Of a stretch of DNA of 64,000 nt, positions 47,665 through 61,016 are shown in pieces. The DNA comes from Psammoneis japonica (Eukaryota): positions 1 to 64,000 of the forward strand of contig QPGO01000269.1 in assembly GCA_008632985.1 (NCBI GenBank), written 5' to 3'. Numbering within the stretch: position 1 is the stretch's first letter; each line of letters begins with the position of its first letter. Under the pieces are notes generated by a model. The model did not search any database. It was given only the letters and a program-made list of their open reading frames with translations, and was not told the DNA's origin. Both the position numbers and the translations under genes were made by a program.

Positions 47665-50120
47665 TTTTCCGACCATCTGATTGGCTTGCCACGTCACGAC
47701 TGCAGCGGCGAGGCAGACATAAAAGTGTGGCTCATGGCATGTCACACCTCTCCATGCATTTCAGTGTTGGAGTGGCCACTGGAATTGACAAATCTGCTGA
47801 TCATTGGATGGAGTGAGCATGCACAAAAACACACAACACCTCCTCCCAGCATGTGGCTGCCTGGCAGCTCATGTGTGCAACAAAAGAGGGCTGCCATGGT
47901 GCCAGCCAGTGGCAAGCAAGGCCCGCGCTGGGGAACATTGTGCAAAATGCTGCTGCTGTGCTGCTCGCACTTTTGCAAGCTGAACTTGTCACACAAACAA
48001 TTTCACTTGTTGGCTCTCATGACTCAAGGTGAGACAATTTTGTTCTCCATCCAACAGTGGCATCACACCCCAGCACAGCATCATTTTTCTTGCACCAGAA
48101 AACACCCCTCAAAAAATCTCAAGACACCCGCAGCAGCACACCATCCCAACATGCCCATCTTCTGCCCTCCCTCTTCTCCCAAAATCCCAAGTTTGGTCTC
48201 CAAGAACTGTCTTGTTGCACCACCTGTGGTGCACTGTGGATGCTGGGGCTTTGGAGGAGGCAGGCGTGCTTTTCACACACCAGCATGCCAGCCAAAGAGC
48301 CGCTTCTGTTGGAGTTTCACAGCTTGCCAACCAGCATGCATTGGTCTCACCAACCCTGAACTCACCATGTGGGTTGCAAACACATTGCTGTTGACCACTG
48401 TTGCCATGTCAACTGGGTGCCCAAGGCTAAAAAGTGAGCACACAAGAGACCCGCAACTCAACCCGAGCTTCAATCTTAAATTCACCACATCATCCACAAT
48501 TGTCAGCACATCTCATGCTGCAACTTTGTCTGTCTGTGCCACAAAAAATGCCTCCAAACCAGATGTTCCAACACACTTCTTTGCATGAGCTGTCAATCAA
48601 TTAGAGCCTCACATGCATCAACAAAGATGGGAGGATGGCACTTGGAAGTTGCGCCACCCCCAACACCACATTGACTGTTGTGTGCCAATTCTCGCTATCT
48701 GCATCACCCGCTGACTCCGTCAGGACAATCCCTCTTCAGATGTCCAACTTTGTCCACACTCAGCTGCTGTGTCCTGGCACATCTTTTCCAGGACTCATGT
48801 TTGAGTTTCGCAGCTTTTTGCCAAAACAGCCGAGCACTTTTTGCATCACCAACCCTGACACAATTTGGCCACCCCCTTTTTCAGCTGACCCTTGACAGCT
48901 TCTTTGACAGCAAGGCTCTCCAGAGATTGTTTTTTTTTTGCCCTCCTCCTCATCCAGCCAGCTCATTTGCTGTGATCCATTGGCATGAGTTGTGCCTTTG
49001 GATTCCTGTCAAGTTCCCAACTTCCCACCCAGCTCTTTTTCTTTTGTGCAGCAACTGAGCTGGACAAGTGCTTGCTTGTGCTCACTTTTACAGCAGCTTT
49101 CAGGAAACCCAGGTTGGTTTTGCATTGAATCGGTGTTCAACCTGAAAATGTTTGGTCAGCTTGGCCATGCCAACTGGCTTGCTTTTAGAGAGAAGCTCTG
49201 AAATGTGCCACACACCTCCTTGTGGCCTGCAGGCATGTGCACAGAAATGTGTTTTTACCAGAGCGAGGCTCACTTTTTTATGTTGATGGTGCTCAACCTC
49301 TTTTTTGGCTTGCTCTGCTCACAAGCGTTTGAGCTCATTTTGGTGAGAGTCACAGGTGATGCCCAGCAAAAACATTCTTGCTGTGCAGCAAAGGGAGGCA
49401 GACAACTGACAATTGTGTTGACAGGTGTTTAAGCTGAGTTTGTTTCTTCTTGCCAGAGCATGCCAAATCTCCTTGCACTCACTGGGTGGAACAGCCACAC
49501 AAAAACAACTCTGAAGGCACGTTGTGCATTTTGCGCAAGCAGCTGCACAGATTTCTGCACAGGAGGCTCTTCCATCTGCTGCCACGGGCCATTTCCAGTT
49601 GCCACAATGTTGCCATCATCATTGTCATTGCACCATGAACATTGATTTTCACAATCAAGAGCGCTCGCCAAAAACAGTCATCAGAAACACGCGCAGTCAC
49701 TTTGCAGCGGCCACAACTCTCCTGGGATCACTTTGCTTTGACACAGCCTGAGGATGCAACAAAGCACCAAGCCTCACACAGGAAGCACCATTTTGCCTTT
49801 TGTGAATGTTCTGCTGTGCTTTGGGTTTCCAAACTGCAACATCTCACATTGTCAGTGTTGGCGCCTGCAACCACCTGACTGTGTGATCATTCACAAAATT
49901 CTGAAAGAAACTCAGCTTCATTTTTTTGCCGCACCAAAGGTGCATCTGCTCCTGCTGCAACCCACTCTAAAGTTTTGGAAGATTCCCATTGATCTGTTCC
50001 AACAGCCATGACACTGACATTGCAAGACAAAGAGACAGAAATGCCGAACAATGATGTTGACCCAAAAATCAATCACTCCCGTTGTCAAAACGCGCGACTG
50101 AACAAACGCGGATGCACGCA
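47665..50120. mobile_element. Unclassified decayed transposon-like block
   Basis: TA/CG-depleted with sharp edges; preceded by palindrome cgtagaatctacg at 47626; no domain recognised. Confidence 0.5.
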
Positions 50121-50238
50121 CGATACATACATAAAAGATAAACCGCCAGATAAACCGCGAAGCGAACGCCAGTCCCAAGAGCGACGACCAATGAACGACT
50201 ATCACAATGCAAACGGCACATCGTGCGAGACCTGACTC

Positions 50239-50766
50239 ATGCCATCCCAGACTGTCGAAGAAGCAAACAAGAAAATTGAAAAGGCTGAGGGGAAGCTCGA
50301 ACTCTTGATAACCGTCGATACATTCTTGGCAGGATTCCTTCTTTTTGGAATTACTGGCTCAAGCCCCTCAGACTCCAGTGGTAAATTAAATTCTCAGGAG
50401 GCGCAGGTCATCATTGAACAAATATGGGCATTCTGTCTCTTCTTTGGATCGACGTTTTCCTCGACCGCCTTCCTGGTGTTCAAAAAGTTCAAAGACTCCT
50501 CCCCGCATGGACAACCCAAAGAGAGAGACTGCTACAGAAGATGGTCACTTGCCTTGCCATGCATCTGGTCAATGGCAGGAATCTCATTGCTATTTTCCTC
50601 CATGTTCAAGGCAGCAGATGTGCAGTTCACAACGGAAAATAATCCGCAATTTGTGGAAGACGGATACCCGATAGGGCATTTTGTGGGAGGGATTCTTGTG
50701 GCAGTTTTGCCCGTTCTTGTTTCTATGGGTATCACGTGTTACTATACAGGACGTTTCTTTTTGTAA
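50239..50766 (+). CDS. Hypothetical 4-TM membrane protein, 175 aa
   Basis: Four hydrophobic helices; ATG start; normal composition. Confidence 0.7.
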   Translation: MPSQTVEEANKKIEKAEGKLELLITVDTFLAGFLLFGITGSSPSDSSGKLNSQEAQVIIEQIWAFCLFFGSTFSSTAFLVFKKFKDSSPHGQPKERDCYRRWSLALPCIWSMAGISLLFSSMFKAADVQFTTENNPQFVEDGYPIGHFVGGILVAVLPVLVSMGITCYYTGRFFL

Positions 50767-51159
50767 ACAACTTCGGATCATCCCTGTACAAGGCTTGTTT
50801 AGACTATGCTTAGAACTAGACTAGTCTGATTCACAGAAGAGAAACGTGTTTTGCCAGAATTGTTGACGATACAATACGAAAAGGTGCTCACCAAACTCAT
50901 CTTTTGCTGCAATAGTATCGCGCCGCTTCTTCCACCGAGTGGTGTTGCTGGATTTAGGCTATGTCAACGAAGTTCTCGTCGTCAAGCTCAAGTTGCAGAG
51001 GACTTCCATGTCTCTGTACAATCGTTAATCGCTTCTTCGTTGGATTTCAGATTACCAGTCTTTTCCAGTCACTGACTGAGGCATGTCGTACTGACACTTT
51101 GTGGCATTCTCTCGTTCACGAGGCAGTGAGCAATTCTAGCGCCATGAGTACACACTAAT

Positions 51160-51636
51160 TCATTCCTTCGTTCCTTCAACTGCCACGGCAAGGCCGTCCA
51201 AATCCTTCATAATGGCGGCTTGTGCTTTCCTGCGTATTCTTGAACGAAAAATGGTTGTCCAGCATTTTGACCACAAGTGATTAGACACCATGGCATAGGA
51301 AACCGTGACAAGACATGACTTGTCATCAATCGCTTCGACTGTGCTTGTTGACGTTCTTGTTGCTCCTTCGCTAGTGACAGTAATGACAATGGAAGAGTTT
51401 GCTTTTAATTCTGTGACTGTGGCGACAGCATTGTAGTATCTCTTTCCGATACGACCCGTCTCTCGCCATTGGGAACCCTCCTTCAACGACTCGTTCCGAT
51501 CAATGCCGAGACGCTCGACAGAGATGCACGTGGAGTATGTTGAAGGATACGATTCTACGTCAATGATGCATTGCCATACTTTGCAGAGTGGCGAATGAAT
51601 CTCCCGAGCTCCAGCAACTGCCAATCCAGTCGGCAT
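51160..51636 (-). CDS. SRPBCC/START-like (polyketide cyclase family) protein
   Basis: IHSPLCKVWQCIIDVESYP...GSQWRE...DLDGL pattern. Confidence 0.75.
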   Translation of the reverse strand: MPTGLAVAGAREIHSPLCKVWQCIIDVESYPSTYSTCISVERLGIDRNESLKEGSQWRETGRIGKRYYNAVATVTELKANSSIVITVTSEGATRTSTSTVEAIDDKSCLVTVSYAMVSNHLWSKCWTTIFRSRIRRKAQAAIMKDLDGLAVAVEGTKE

Positions 51637-51812
51637 GTTGCCTTTTGCTGTGGACAGCGCCTCTATGCATTACCGTCTTATTTTTATTATTACCATACGG
51701 CACCTTATTGAACCTGGATGCGATGCATGAAGTTAGTGGTTTCTACTGTGTAGGGATTGGGATGCGCGCCTCGCTCTCGGTTGTCGTGCGACAGCCTCTG
51801 CTGTACTCGGCG

Positions 51813-54800
51813 TTTGAGCTGGAAGGGAGAAAGACAGACGCCGCAGCCACTCACAGCCTTGGGACTTGAACGGACCGAATGCCAATGGCATTCTTTGTTG
51901 CAGCTTGTTGCCGCCTGTCGAGGCCGCAGCAGTGGCCAATCAGTCAGGGGCCCCACGTTGCCAGCTCGGCCATTGTTTTGGATGGCTCCTGCCACTTCTC
52001 GCCAGGCTTGCAATGGGGTGAGATTGCGGTCGAGTGTGTTGGGTGGACACAGGCGTGGGGCACTTGCACCATGTGTCGCATGAGGATCGTTTCGGTGTCT
52101 GCGGCACCGTCGGTTTGCAGGGGAATGAGCTTGTTGGTGGTGAGTCCACCTTCTAACGTGGTCATGTTGGCGACTGTGGGTGCGACCTGAGGACCCACAA
52201 TGGCAAAAGGGTCGAGTGGGAGCCTCAGCATGTCGTCGACGCGCTCCAGACGCAGGTGGGAATCCGTGTGACATTGGTCCCGTAGAATTCTACATGCAAG
52301 CTCTGTACTGTAAAATCATCAGGCAATTAATGTGCAAATGATCGCCAACAGAAAATGAGGCAATTTTGCGAATGCACAAACTCGTCCATGATTGAAGCAC
52401 ATCATTTTCCACTTGGCCAGTTACATTCTTCAGACATTGAAGAATGCACCTGGCACATTTGTGTTCCTGTGCTTTTGTCAAATAAAATGTCTGGGGTTTT
52501 GCAAAACAGCAAGTCTGGAACAATTTTTTTGAACAACACATGCACAAATGTGCACGCGAAACATGCGACGGATGACAAAAAACAATTGTGTCACACGTCA
52601 GCACTGCGAGCTCCCACCCAGGCCTGGAATGCGTCCGTCAATGAAGTTGCCTGGGAGCACATCACCTTGGGAACAGAATGATTCACTGTCCCATGGCAAT
52701 GTGGTCACGGGTCATGAATGTGCCACGATGGACAGTGGATGCAGGTGACGCAACAGCACCCGTCTTGGATCGCCAAGGCCAACGGTGCCTTGGGAACCAC
52801 GTCACTCGAGGCATCAGGTGCTCGAGCAAGTCAGCCGAAGGTGCTGGGGCTGCCCAAGTGGTGGAAAAACGATTGAGGAGGTTTGCACAATTGCTGCCAA
52901 GATGATCGCCCTCAGTCATCAACTTGTCTTGGCAAGTCTTTGGGGGCGCTGGAGGGGCTCCAGCCCCACCTGGTGTGACTGGAGGGACAGCAGCCATTGG
53001 GATGTGTGGTGCGTGGTGCTCCTTTTCTTCAATTGCAACTGCTGCTGCAGCCTTGACAGGCAGCAACCACAGTTGGGGCCAGTTTACATGATGAAAATGA
53101 TCTGTCAGATGGCTTCTGTTGGGTGGGGATGCATCCCGCCAACATTCCTGAACTCGGCATTGCATTCCTGGTTGGACCTGGGGAAGAACCACTCATTGCA
53201 CTGCCGCCAGTCCTCCCCATGGGTTGGACCAAGAGTCCACCATTCTTCTGCACTGGCACCAAAATGACAGTGGACCTGGCAAACACCTGCACCAACACAG
53301 GCTGGGGTCTGCCAGTGCATCCTCTCTAGAAGCCCCCGTGTTGATGCCTGCACCACCAACCGACACCCTTTGCATTGACGTGCCACCTCCAAATCCACAA
53401 GTGCCTGCTGACCACATGCGTGAGATGCCCAAACCTTGCACTCTGCACCACAAACAACAATGTGTGCCATGCCCTGTTCAACATTTTGACATTTACGTGG
53501 ATGACAAAGTTGGTGTGGCGCAAGGCGGCAAGGCTCATCTCAACCAACTGAGATGATGCTTGCTGCATGTTAACAACCAGGTGTTTTGCCCCAACACTGC
53601 CTCGGACCAGCACTGGCAACACGAAACTGTCTCCCTCAAGAAGCTGTTCAAAGGAGACATGTCCTGGTCCACCATCAAGACAATCTTTGGTTGGATCATC
53701 GATTCCCTGGCTGGCACCATCGAGCTGCCACAACACCGCCAAGAGTGCCTCCTCTTCATCCTCAACAACACCATGCAGTGCCATTGCATCTCCAAAAAAC
53801 ATTGCCATTGCCTGCCAGGCAAAGTTTGCAGCATGCTCCTGGTCATTTCTGGCAGTGCCGGGTTGCTTTCCAACCTGCAACACTCCCTGTTGACCTCAAA
53901 AAATTTCCACATCAGAATCGATCGGCACACTCGCCGTCAACTCCAAGACCTTCACACCTTGGCTCTCAACATCTCCTTTTGCCCAACGTGAATCACAGAA
54001 CTGTTCGCTGCAGTTGATGGCCACCTCTGTGGCGCATGTGACACCACCAAAAACCAGGTTTTGGTGGCATGTTCCTGCCATCACCCAGTGACTCCTTTCC
54101 ACCGACTGCTTGGCAACTTCCGCTTCCACCCAATCTCCAAGCCAAAATTGTCTCCAACTCCAACCCCAATGGCACCATCACCAACTCTGACTTGGAGCTT
54201 GCCGGCACCATCCTGTGCAAATCCGTTGGTGCACAAGTGATGGACATCTGTGAAAAAACAGTGCACACATGTTGTGACAACACTCCATCCATCTCACACC
54301 AAGGCAAAGGCTCAGTCACCATGCCAGGCCCAATGGCTGACATTGTTTGTGCTGGAAGCTTGCAACAGTGCCGACTGCGCTGCATCCTGTGCCTGCATTG
54401 CATGCCTGGGCCAGCCAACCTCCTTGCTGACACCTGCTCCCAAAGGTTTTCCACCACAGCTCACCTCCTTGTCACGTCCTGCCTTGCCCCACAGAACAAA
54501 CCCTGGCAAATGCCTCATCCCTCAAATGCCATTGTTTCTGTGTTGATCTCTGCCTTGCATCATCAAAAGCCCATGAAGCTGTCACTCAAGAGCATGCCCA
54601 TGTGCCACTGACTCTGTCTGGGCAAAATGCTGGCTCCCATTCTTGTCCGACATTGGCGTGGATGACCCTCTCCTCACCAGTGTCAATGACAAAATCCTGA
54701 TGCTCAAAGTCTTTGTCCATTGCCTTGGGGATGGACGCCTCAGCTGCAGCAGTCACCCAATCTCAGCTCTGCACGTTTGTGATGAAATCTTTCATGTTGC

Positions 54801-56136
54801 AAAGACGTTCACTGAACTGGGGGCCCTCAACCTGCATTCAAACCACACGGCAGCATGGATCCTTGCTTGACATGACTGCACAGTGCCTTCAAGAAGGAAG
54901 ACCCACCTCTCAATCAAGTCAAACCTCTCCCCACACAAATTGTGCACCTGGCAGAAACACTGGCAGATGCCGCGCCCAATGCTCTTGACGATGCCATCAT
55001 TGACATGTGTTGGATTGGGCCATTTTACTTGCTGCAGCCTGGCAAACACTGCAAGAGCAAAGACAATGACCCCCTCTTGTCCTTGCTGACATCAAACTCC
55101 TGATTGGTTGACAACCACCGCTGGACCACATGATGTGCAACCTGGGCTGACTCCGAATGGCCACACACAGCAGTGTCACTTTTGACACACAGGAGAAGAA
55201 CCGGGAACATGGTGAAGTCATTGGCCATGGCTGCAGTTCTCACTCCAATGCCTGCCCCATCCTTGCCCTTGCTTGCCGTGTCCATTGACTCCAATCACAT
55301 GGTGCAGGCAAGCGTGCGCCGCTTTGCACCATCCGGGTTCACAATCGATGGACAGCGGTCACAAGCAAATCCATCACCACCACCTTGCAAGCATCCACCA
55401 CTGCCCTCCCACATCTTGGCTTTCTCCCCAAAGATGTTGCCACCTGCAGCCTGCGAGTGGGTGGGGCTGCAGTGCTGTTGTGTGCCAAAGTTGACACCGA
55501 TGTCATTCGTCTGGTTGGCCGGTGGAAATCCGGCGCTGTGCATCATCACCTGCATGCACAGGCATTGCCACTGATCACCAGCCTTTCCTCCAAAATTTTA
55601 AACCACGGAAACTTCACCCTTTCACCTGGCTCTGACACATTGCCAGTTGCCCAACAAATTGCAAATCAAGCCACACTGACAGACACCCCTTGATTTTTCC
55701 CACCCTTGGCTCTGCCTTCTTTCCCACCCCACTTGTTTGCCCCCAAGATTGGTGGCACCGGTGATTCTGGGCCAGGGAGTTGTCACCCTGGCAAAGCCTG
55801 AAGCCACCAAAACTGCCGCCACATTTGGCAGGACGAACTCCCAAGCAGCATTGGCAGCATTGGCAATTTGAGCTGGAAGGGAGAAGGACAGATGCCACAG
55901 CCACTCACAGCCTCGAACGAACCGAGTGCCAATGGCATTCTGTGTTGCAGCTCATCGCCGCCTGTCAAGGTTGCAGCAGTGGTTGTGGTTGACCCTCCTC
56001 TCCCTCCCTGGGCTGCCTGGTGGCGGTTCTGGGCCAGGGAGTTGTCAGCCTGGCAAAGCCTGAAGCCACCAAAACCGCCACCACATTTGGTGGGACAAAC
56101 TCCCAAGCAGCGGCCAGCTCGCTCGGCGGGCAATTT
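51813..56136 (+). mobile_element. Decayed Ngaro-type tyrosine-recombinase retrotransposon with split direct repeats A1...B1-A2-B2
   Basis: A1 51816-51935, B1 ~55760-55869, A2 55870-55982, B2 ~56022-56136, with TTT at the 5' end, B1/A2 junction and 3' end. RT (DLSDGF, LPMGWTKSPPFFC, YVDD), RNase H (ITNSDLELAG, DNTP), YR (SLRVGGA...IRLVGRWKS). Confidence 0.9.
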
Positions 56137-56139
56137 GGA

Positions 56140-59000
56140 ACACAACAGAAAACAAACCATTGCTTTGTTTAAGAAGAATTCCATTGAAAGTCAGAGTGAG
56201 ACATTCATTTGTGAATGCGCCATCACGCACGTCTGACATCTCATGGCAACAATGGTCACACACAATCTCTCTCTTGCAAACCAATTTCCTGTGTTTGTTC
56301 AATGTTTCCCAGATCCTGGTTCTTTTCCCTTTCTGTTGAAATGATGGCACAATTGCACATGAAACAATTGTGGATCCATCCACATCAATCACATTTGGCA
56401 AAGTTTCTCAAAGGCTGACAAGTGTGTGAAAAACTTGAGAAACAGCACTGTGAGAAAAGCGGTTGCATGTCAGTCTGAAAGCATCTGTGTGTCAGGAACC
56501 AGCGATCTGTGCCAGCATCCCACTGGTGATGATTGCCTTTGAAGGTCCTTAAGAAACAACTGTTCCTCATAAGGAAGAAGGTCAGGAGCAGCAACCAAAA
56601 GGACTGCCAAAGAAAAATGAAAGGGGGTGTGTGTCTTTGTCGAATGTGGAAGCCAGGTTTTTCATTTCCATGGCAGCTGCAGTGGTCGGTTGCTTCTGTT
56701 CCTTGATGATGGTTGCAATGAACAACCACCCATTGTCAGGTCTCTGGCACACTGCAAGCAATGTGCCACAAGGTTCTCAACTGTGTCAGAGTTGCTTCCT
56801 CCAGAGACCGCACCAGTGCCCACATTGCCCGTGATGCCAGGAAGGCCATCTCATGCAGAATTTTCTGAAGAGATTTGACTGCCAACATGGAGCTGGCTTG
56901 AGAAGGAACTGGCTTCTGGCCTTGGTGTTTTGACACTTCAAGCAAGCTGTGTGTTGTGCCCAGAGCTCTGTCAATGAAGGCATGCAGTTTTCTCCTTCCC
57001 GACCCTGCATTGGTGCAATCTCTCAAGGCCCTGCCAGCTCAGAGTTCCCCCCAATGCCTCTGACTGCTCCTTTTTGAAGCTCAAGAATTTTGTGGAGCAT
57101 TGAGTGTGACTCTCATCTGAGTGGAAAGACAAAAAAGGAATCTCAAAGAAATGCCACATTGTCTGTGCCTCTTTTAACTGCCACCCAAGACTTTGACTCT
57201 GTTCTTGCCCAACATGTGGAGCAGCTTGTGCAATTTTTGAAGAACACCAGCATGCTCAGCATTGCTCTTTTGACAAAACTTGGAAGGAACAAGACTGGCC
57301 AAACAAAAATGATCTGTGGCCCCTCAGAGTGTTTTGAGTTGATTGCTCAAATGACCCAGAGTTGTGTTGCAGGAAACCTGGCTGTGAGGAAAGAGCATTC
57401 TTGGAAAGATCTGGGCAAGAGATGCCAGACCAGGTGTCGCGCATCATGATCCTTGAAATGCAGAGCACAACAGCATTTGACAAGGACCATGATCTGTCTG
57501 ACCTCATTCCTCCAAGGATGATGGTGATCATCAGTCATCAGATGATGAGCGACATTGTTGTCCTCTTTGAGCAATCCACTTTGTTGTCATCTTGGGCATT
57601 TGCCAGGGTTGTTGGGATCAAATGGGAATGAGCAGATTGTGTCATGTCTGCTGGAGGTGCTGCAATGGGTTTCTTGCTTGCTGCAGAGCAGTGCTCAGTT
57701 TTTGTTTCAAATCTCAAATCAAGATTCTCTTGTGCTCCTTTGGCTTAAAATGAAAATCATGTCAACTGCACCACAGGAAATCCAACTGTCATTCTCAATT
57801 TCAATGGCTGTTCTGATTGCATGCTCATGGCATTCTCAACCACTTTGTCCTCACTGTTGAAAAGGTGCTAAAACCACCCCACATCTTCCATGTTGTTAAA
57901 GAATCAGCAGCCCTGGGAAAATGCAAAATTGACAGGTGCTTTGACTGTTTTGCTCTCCACAATCTTTGATTGCACTGCCCACAGTTGCTGCATCTGCGTG
58001 TCTCATCCGGAGGTCAGACATTCATCAGGCAGAGCTGCCAACGAGGCTCCAAGGGCATCTCTCACACCACCTGCACCTCATGCAGAAGGGGCAATTGTCC
58101 ACAGAGCAGTCCAGGTTCTAGAGCCCAGGGTGCTTCCATGGTTCTGTGCTCTGGCAGAGAGTGATTGTAAGAAGTTTTAAGTCAACAAAAGACAACAGTG
58201 ACCTCCACCTTGGCGATGTCATGCAAAGCACCATTCTTTCAATTTGGTCCATGTTGGAGCATGGAAAGGCTGCACTGGCATGTCAACGGGGTTTCAGAAA
58301 GTGCAAGAAGGGCAATTTGGGTGCTTGGAAAAAAACAGTTTGCCCTTCCACCACCACAACTTCAGATGGGGGGCATGCTGCACTCACTGCCACTGTGGTC
58401 TCTGCAGAAAGGACAGATTGAAACACCTCACTCTGCTTGTTTGTCTTGCAGACCAAGGCATCTTCTTCAGACAGTTCTTGTCACTCTGAGCACAAATGGA
58501 AGACCCCCCATTGTGAAAAGCAGCCATTGGAATGACCCCCATTGACGTCACAACAGCTTTGTCTGAGAGACAGAAGGGAGCACACAAAGGTCAATGGCAG
58601 CAGCTCAGCAGCAATGACATTGGAGCTTGCTTGGTTTCAGAGCTGTGATCTCTCTGCACAAAAATCAATTTTGGCTCTGCGAAAAGAGCTGCTTCAGCCA
58701 TGGTGCTGAGACAGCACCACAACTCATGGGCAATTGATCTGCACCAGAAGCATTTAAAAAAAACAGTCAATGAAAAGGCAAAAGACTGTCATTGTCAGCC
58801 CAGTTGAGCTGACAAGAGATTGCTTTGTGGCCGAGTGTTCTCTCCATCTGCTGCTGTTGACAGGAGAGCCATGCGGCCACTGGAAAGTGATGGCGTGTGC
58901 TCCACCCACAGAAAACGGAGCACCAATTTGAAGCTGCTGCTTTGTGGTCAAACGAGCTCACCATTGGGAGTGCATGCAAGGAACGGTCACAGAAGGTGCT
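56140..59000. mobile_element. Unclassified decayed repeat block
   Basis: Continuous TA/CG depletion; no credible ORF. Confidence 0.4.
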
Positions 59001-59243
59001 CCAAATGCCAAGGCAGTTTTGATGTGCTGTAGAAAGGAGTTGTGGAGGGAAATGTTCGAGGCCGATCAAGCTCCAGATTGAGATTTTAGTTGCACAAGTT
59101 GAAGCCACATCACCGCACAAAAAAGAATTCAAAAGCCGTCGAAAGTTGAAACAGCCAAAAACCAACCATGGTTCTTTGCCATCATGCTCCCACATTGTGC
59201 TTCCACCATGACCCGAGCCATGAACCATTGTGGCAGGTAGAAA

Positions 59244-60506
59244 ATGACAGCCCAAGAACAAGAGCTTGAAACCAGATTGCGCCGAATCACACAAGAGGAG
59301 GTTGGAAAAGCCTTTAAAAAATCTTGACAGCAAGTTTGAAGAGCTTGAGAACAAGCTTCTTGGGACAAGCACAGACAAAAATGCATCCAAGTTTACGCCA
59401 ACAATCAAACAAGTCCTTGTGGACACAGCAAAAACAATGGAGACATTGGCGATGATGATGGAAACAGGGCAAACATTGGCCATGGCCTCGTCATGGCCGT
59501 TGGCAAGTTTGTCCACCTTGTGTCTGCAGCGCATGTCCTTGTGGAACTCATCAACCTCCAAGCAACAAATGATGAAGCAGCAAAGCAATCCCGTTGTGTT
59601 GCTGCACATGCAGCTTCAGGGTGCTCACCACCTGTGTTTGAACTGCGTTGGCGAGCAGACGAAAAATGCCAAGATCCTGCTGGCAACGCGTCACCCTTTC
59701 AAATGACAAACTTGAACTTGCCAGAAGACCATGTCTCAAGTGGCAAGAATGACATTGCCTGCGCCCAGCTGTGCAGTGACACAAAGAAAAGGCTTGAGAA
59801 TTCTGGATCTTTTTCCCGTCAGAAACTAAAGCTCGAAAGGTGCAGAGGTGTGGTTGGAAGACTGGTGATTGGGCACGGAAGCATTCACACAAAAGGGCAG
59901 GTCATCGAAACACAGGAAACGTGATTGACAGTGGTCACTCATTCTGTGCCTGGGTGCAGTGGTTGTCCCCTGATGGATGATGATTGCAATCTACTTGGCC
60001 TTGTTCATGGCACATCAATGCACCAAGGCACATGTCACTCAACTGCCGCTTCAGGACAGATCTCAAGTGTTGTCCATGCAGACTCATTGAAGGGGTGCAA
60101 ATGAAAGTGGTGCCCAGAGATTGCTGTCATTTTCTCAACCTGGCTGGAACTGCACCCGTTGAGGCAGAAGGTGATGGTGCGAGAACTCCATTTTTGCTAC
60201 TTTTGCAGGATGGGCTTAACGGCGAACATCTGAGGGAGCTGTCAGAGCTTGCAAAGTGCTTGTCATTAGGACATGGAGTTGAATGGGAAAATGACAAAGA
60301 CAGAGAAATTGACCAAGGCGTGTTGGACCTTGGACCTGTGTGGATGGCATGATCTGACAGTTGAGGTCCTCATGAAGAAGCTACGTGACAGGCTCTGGTC
60401 TTCGGGAGACCGTGATCCTGCCTCGCTGCCCTTGCTCGAAAGTGAACCTGCCTCGCTATCTTTGCACGAAAGAGAAGACTTTTTTTGTGTTCCAAAAAGC
60501 GGGTAG
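59244..60506 (+). pseudogene. Pseudogene with coiled-coil N-terminus and trypsin-like peptidase remnant
   Basis: MTAQEQELETRLRR...FEELENKL; HSVPGCSGCPLMDD..NLLGLVHG resembles the G-x-S-G-x-P...G-x-x-x-G motif; in-frame TGA and frameshifts. Confidence 0.55.
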
Positions 60507-60535
60507 AAGTCAACAAACATGCAACATAGGTACGG

Positions 60536-60797
60536 GTGAGAGAGCTATGAATCAATCTCGAAGATTGTTCAGGTATAAAAGGAAAGCATAGAGGGGCTAT
60601 GCATTCAATCAGAAAAGACATTGACAAAGCTATTAGAAGTTTCGAGACTGCTTTGTCACGTCGCTATGAGTGAGAGAGCTAAGAATCAATCTTGAAGATT
60701 GTTCGGGTATGAAGGAAAGCATAGAGGTGCTATGCATTCAATCAGAAAAGACATTGACAAAGCTATTAGAAGTCTCGAGACTGCTCTGTCACGTCGT
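60536..60797 (+). repeat. Tandem duplication, 134-bp period, two copies
   Basis: gtgagagagcta.gaatcaatct.gaagattgttc... starts at 60536 and 60670; near-identical. Confidence 0.95.
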
Positions 60798-61016
60798 TGC
60801 CACGACAGGCATAAATTCCTAGAGTGCCGCTGTAAATTTAGGAGCATACCGGTAGTGAATCGACGTTTACCACTCGCCACGCTACAGTGTTTATTGATGC
60901 CGGATGTGCTTCAGGTACCCTACCAGGTAGCCGCTTATGCTAAACACGAAAACGAAGCTTATTATTATTTCATTAGCAAAATGTCAATAAACCAGCCACA
61001 TATTGATGTAATGCAC

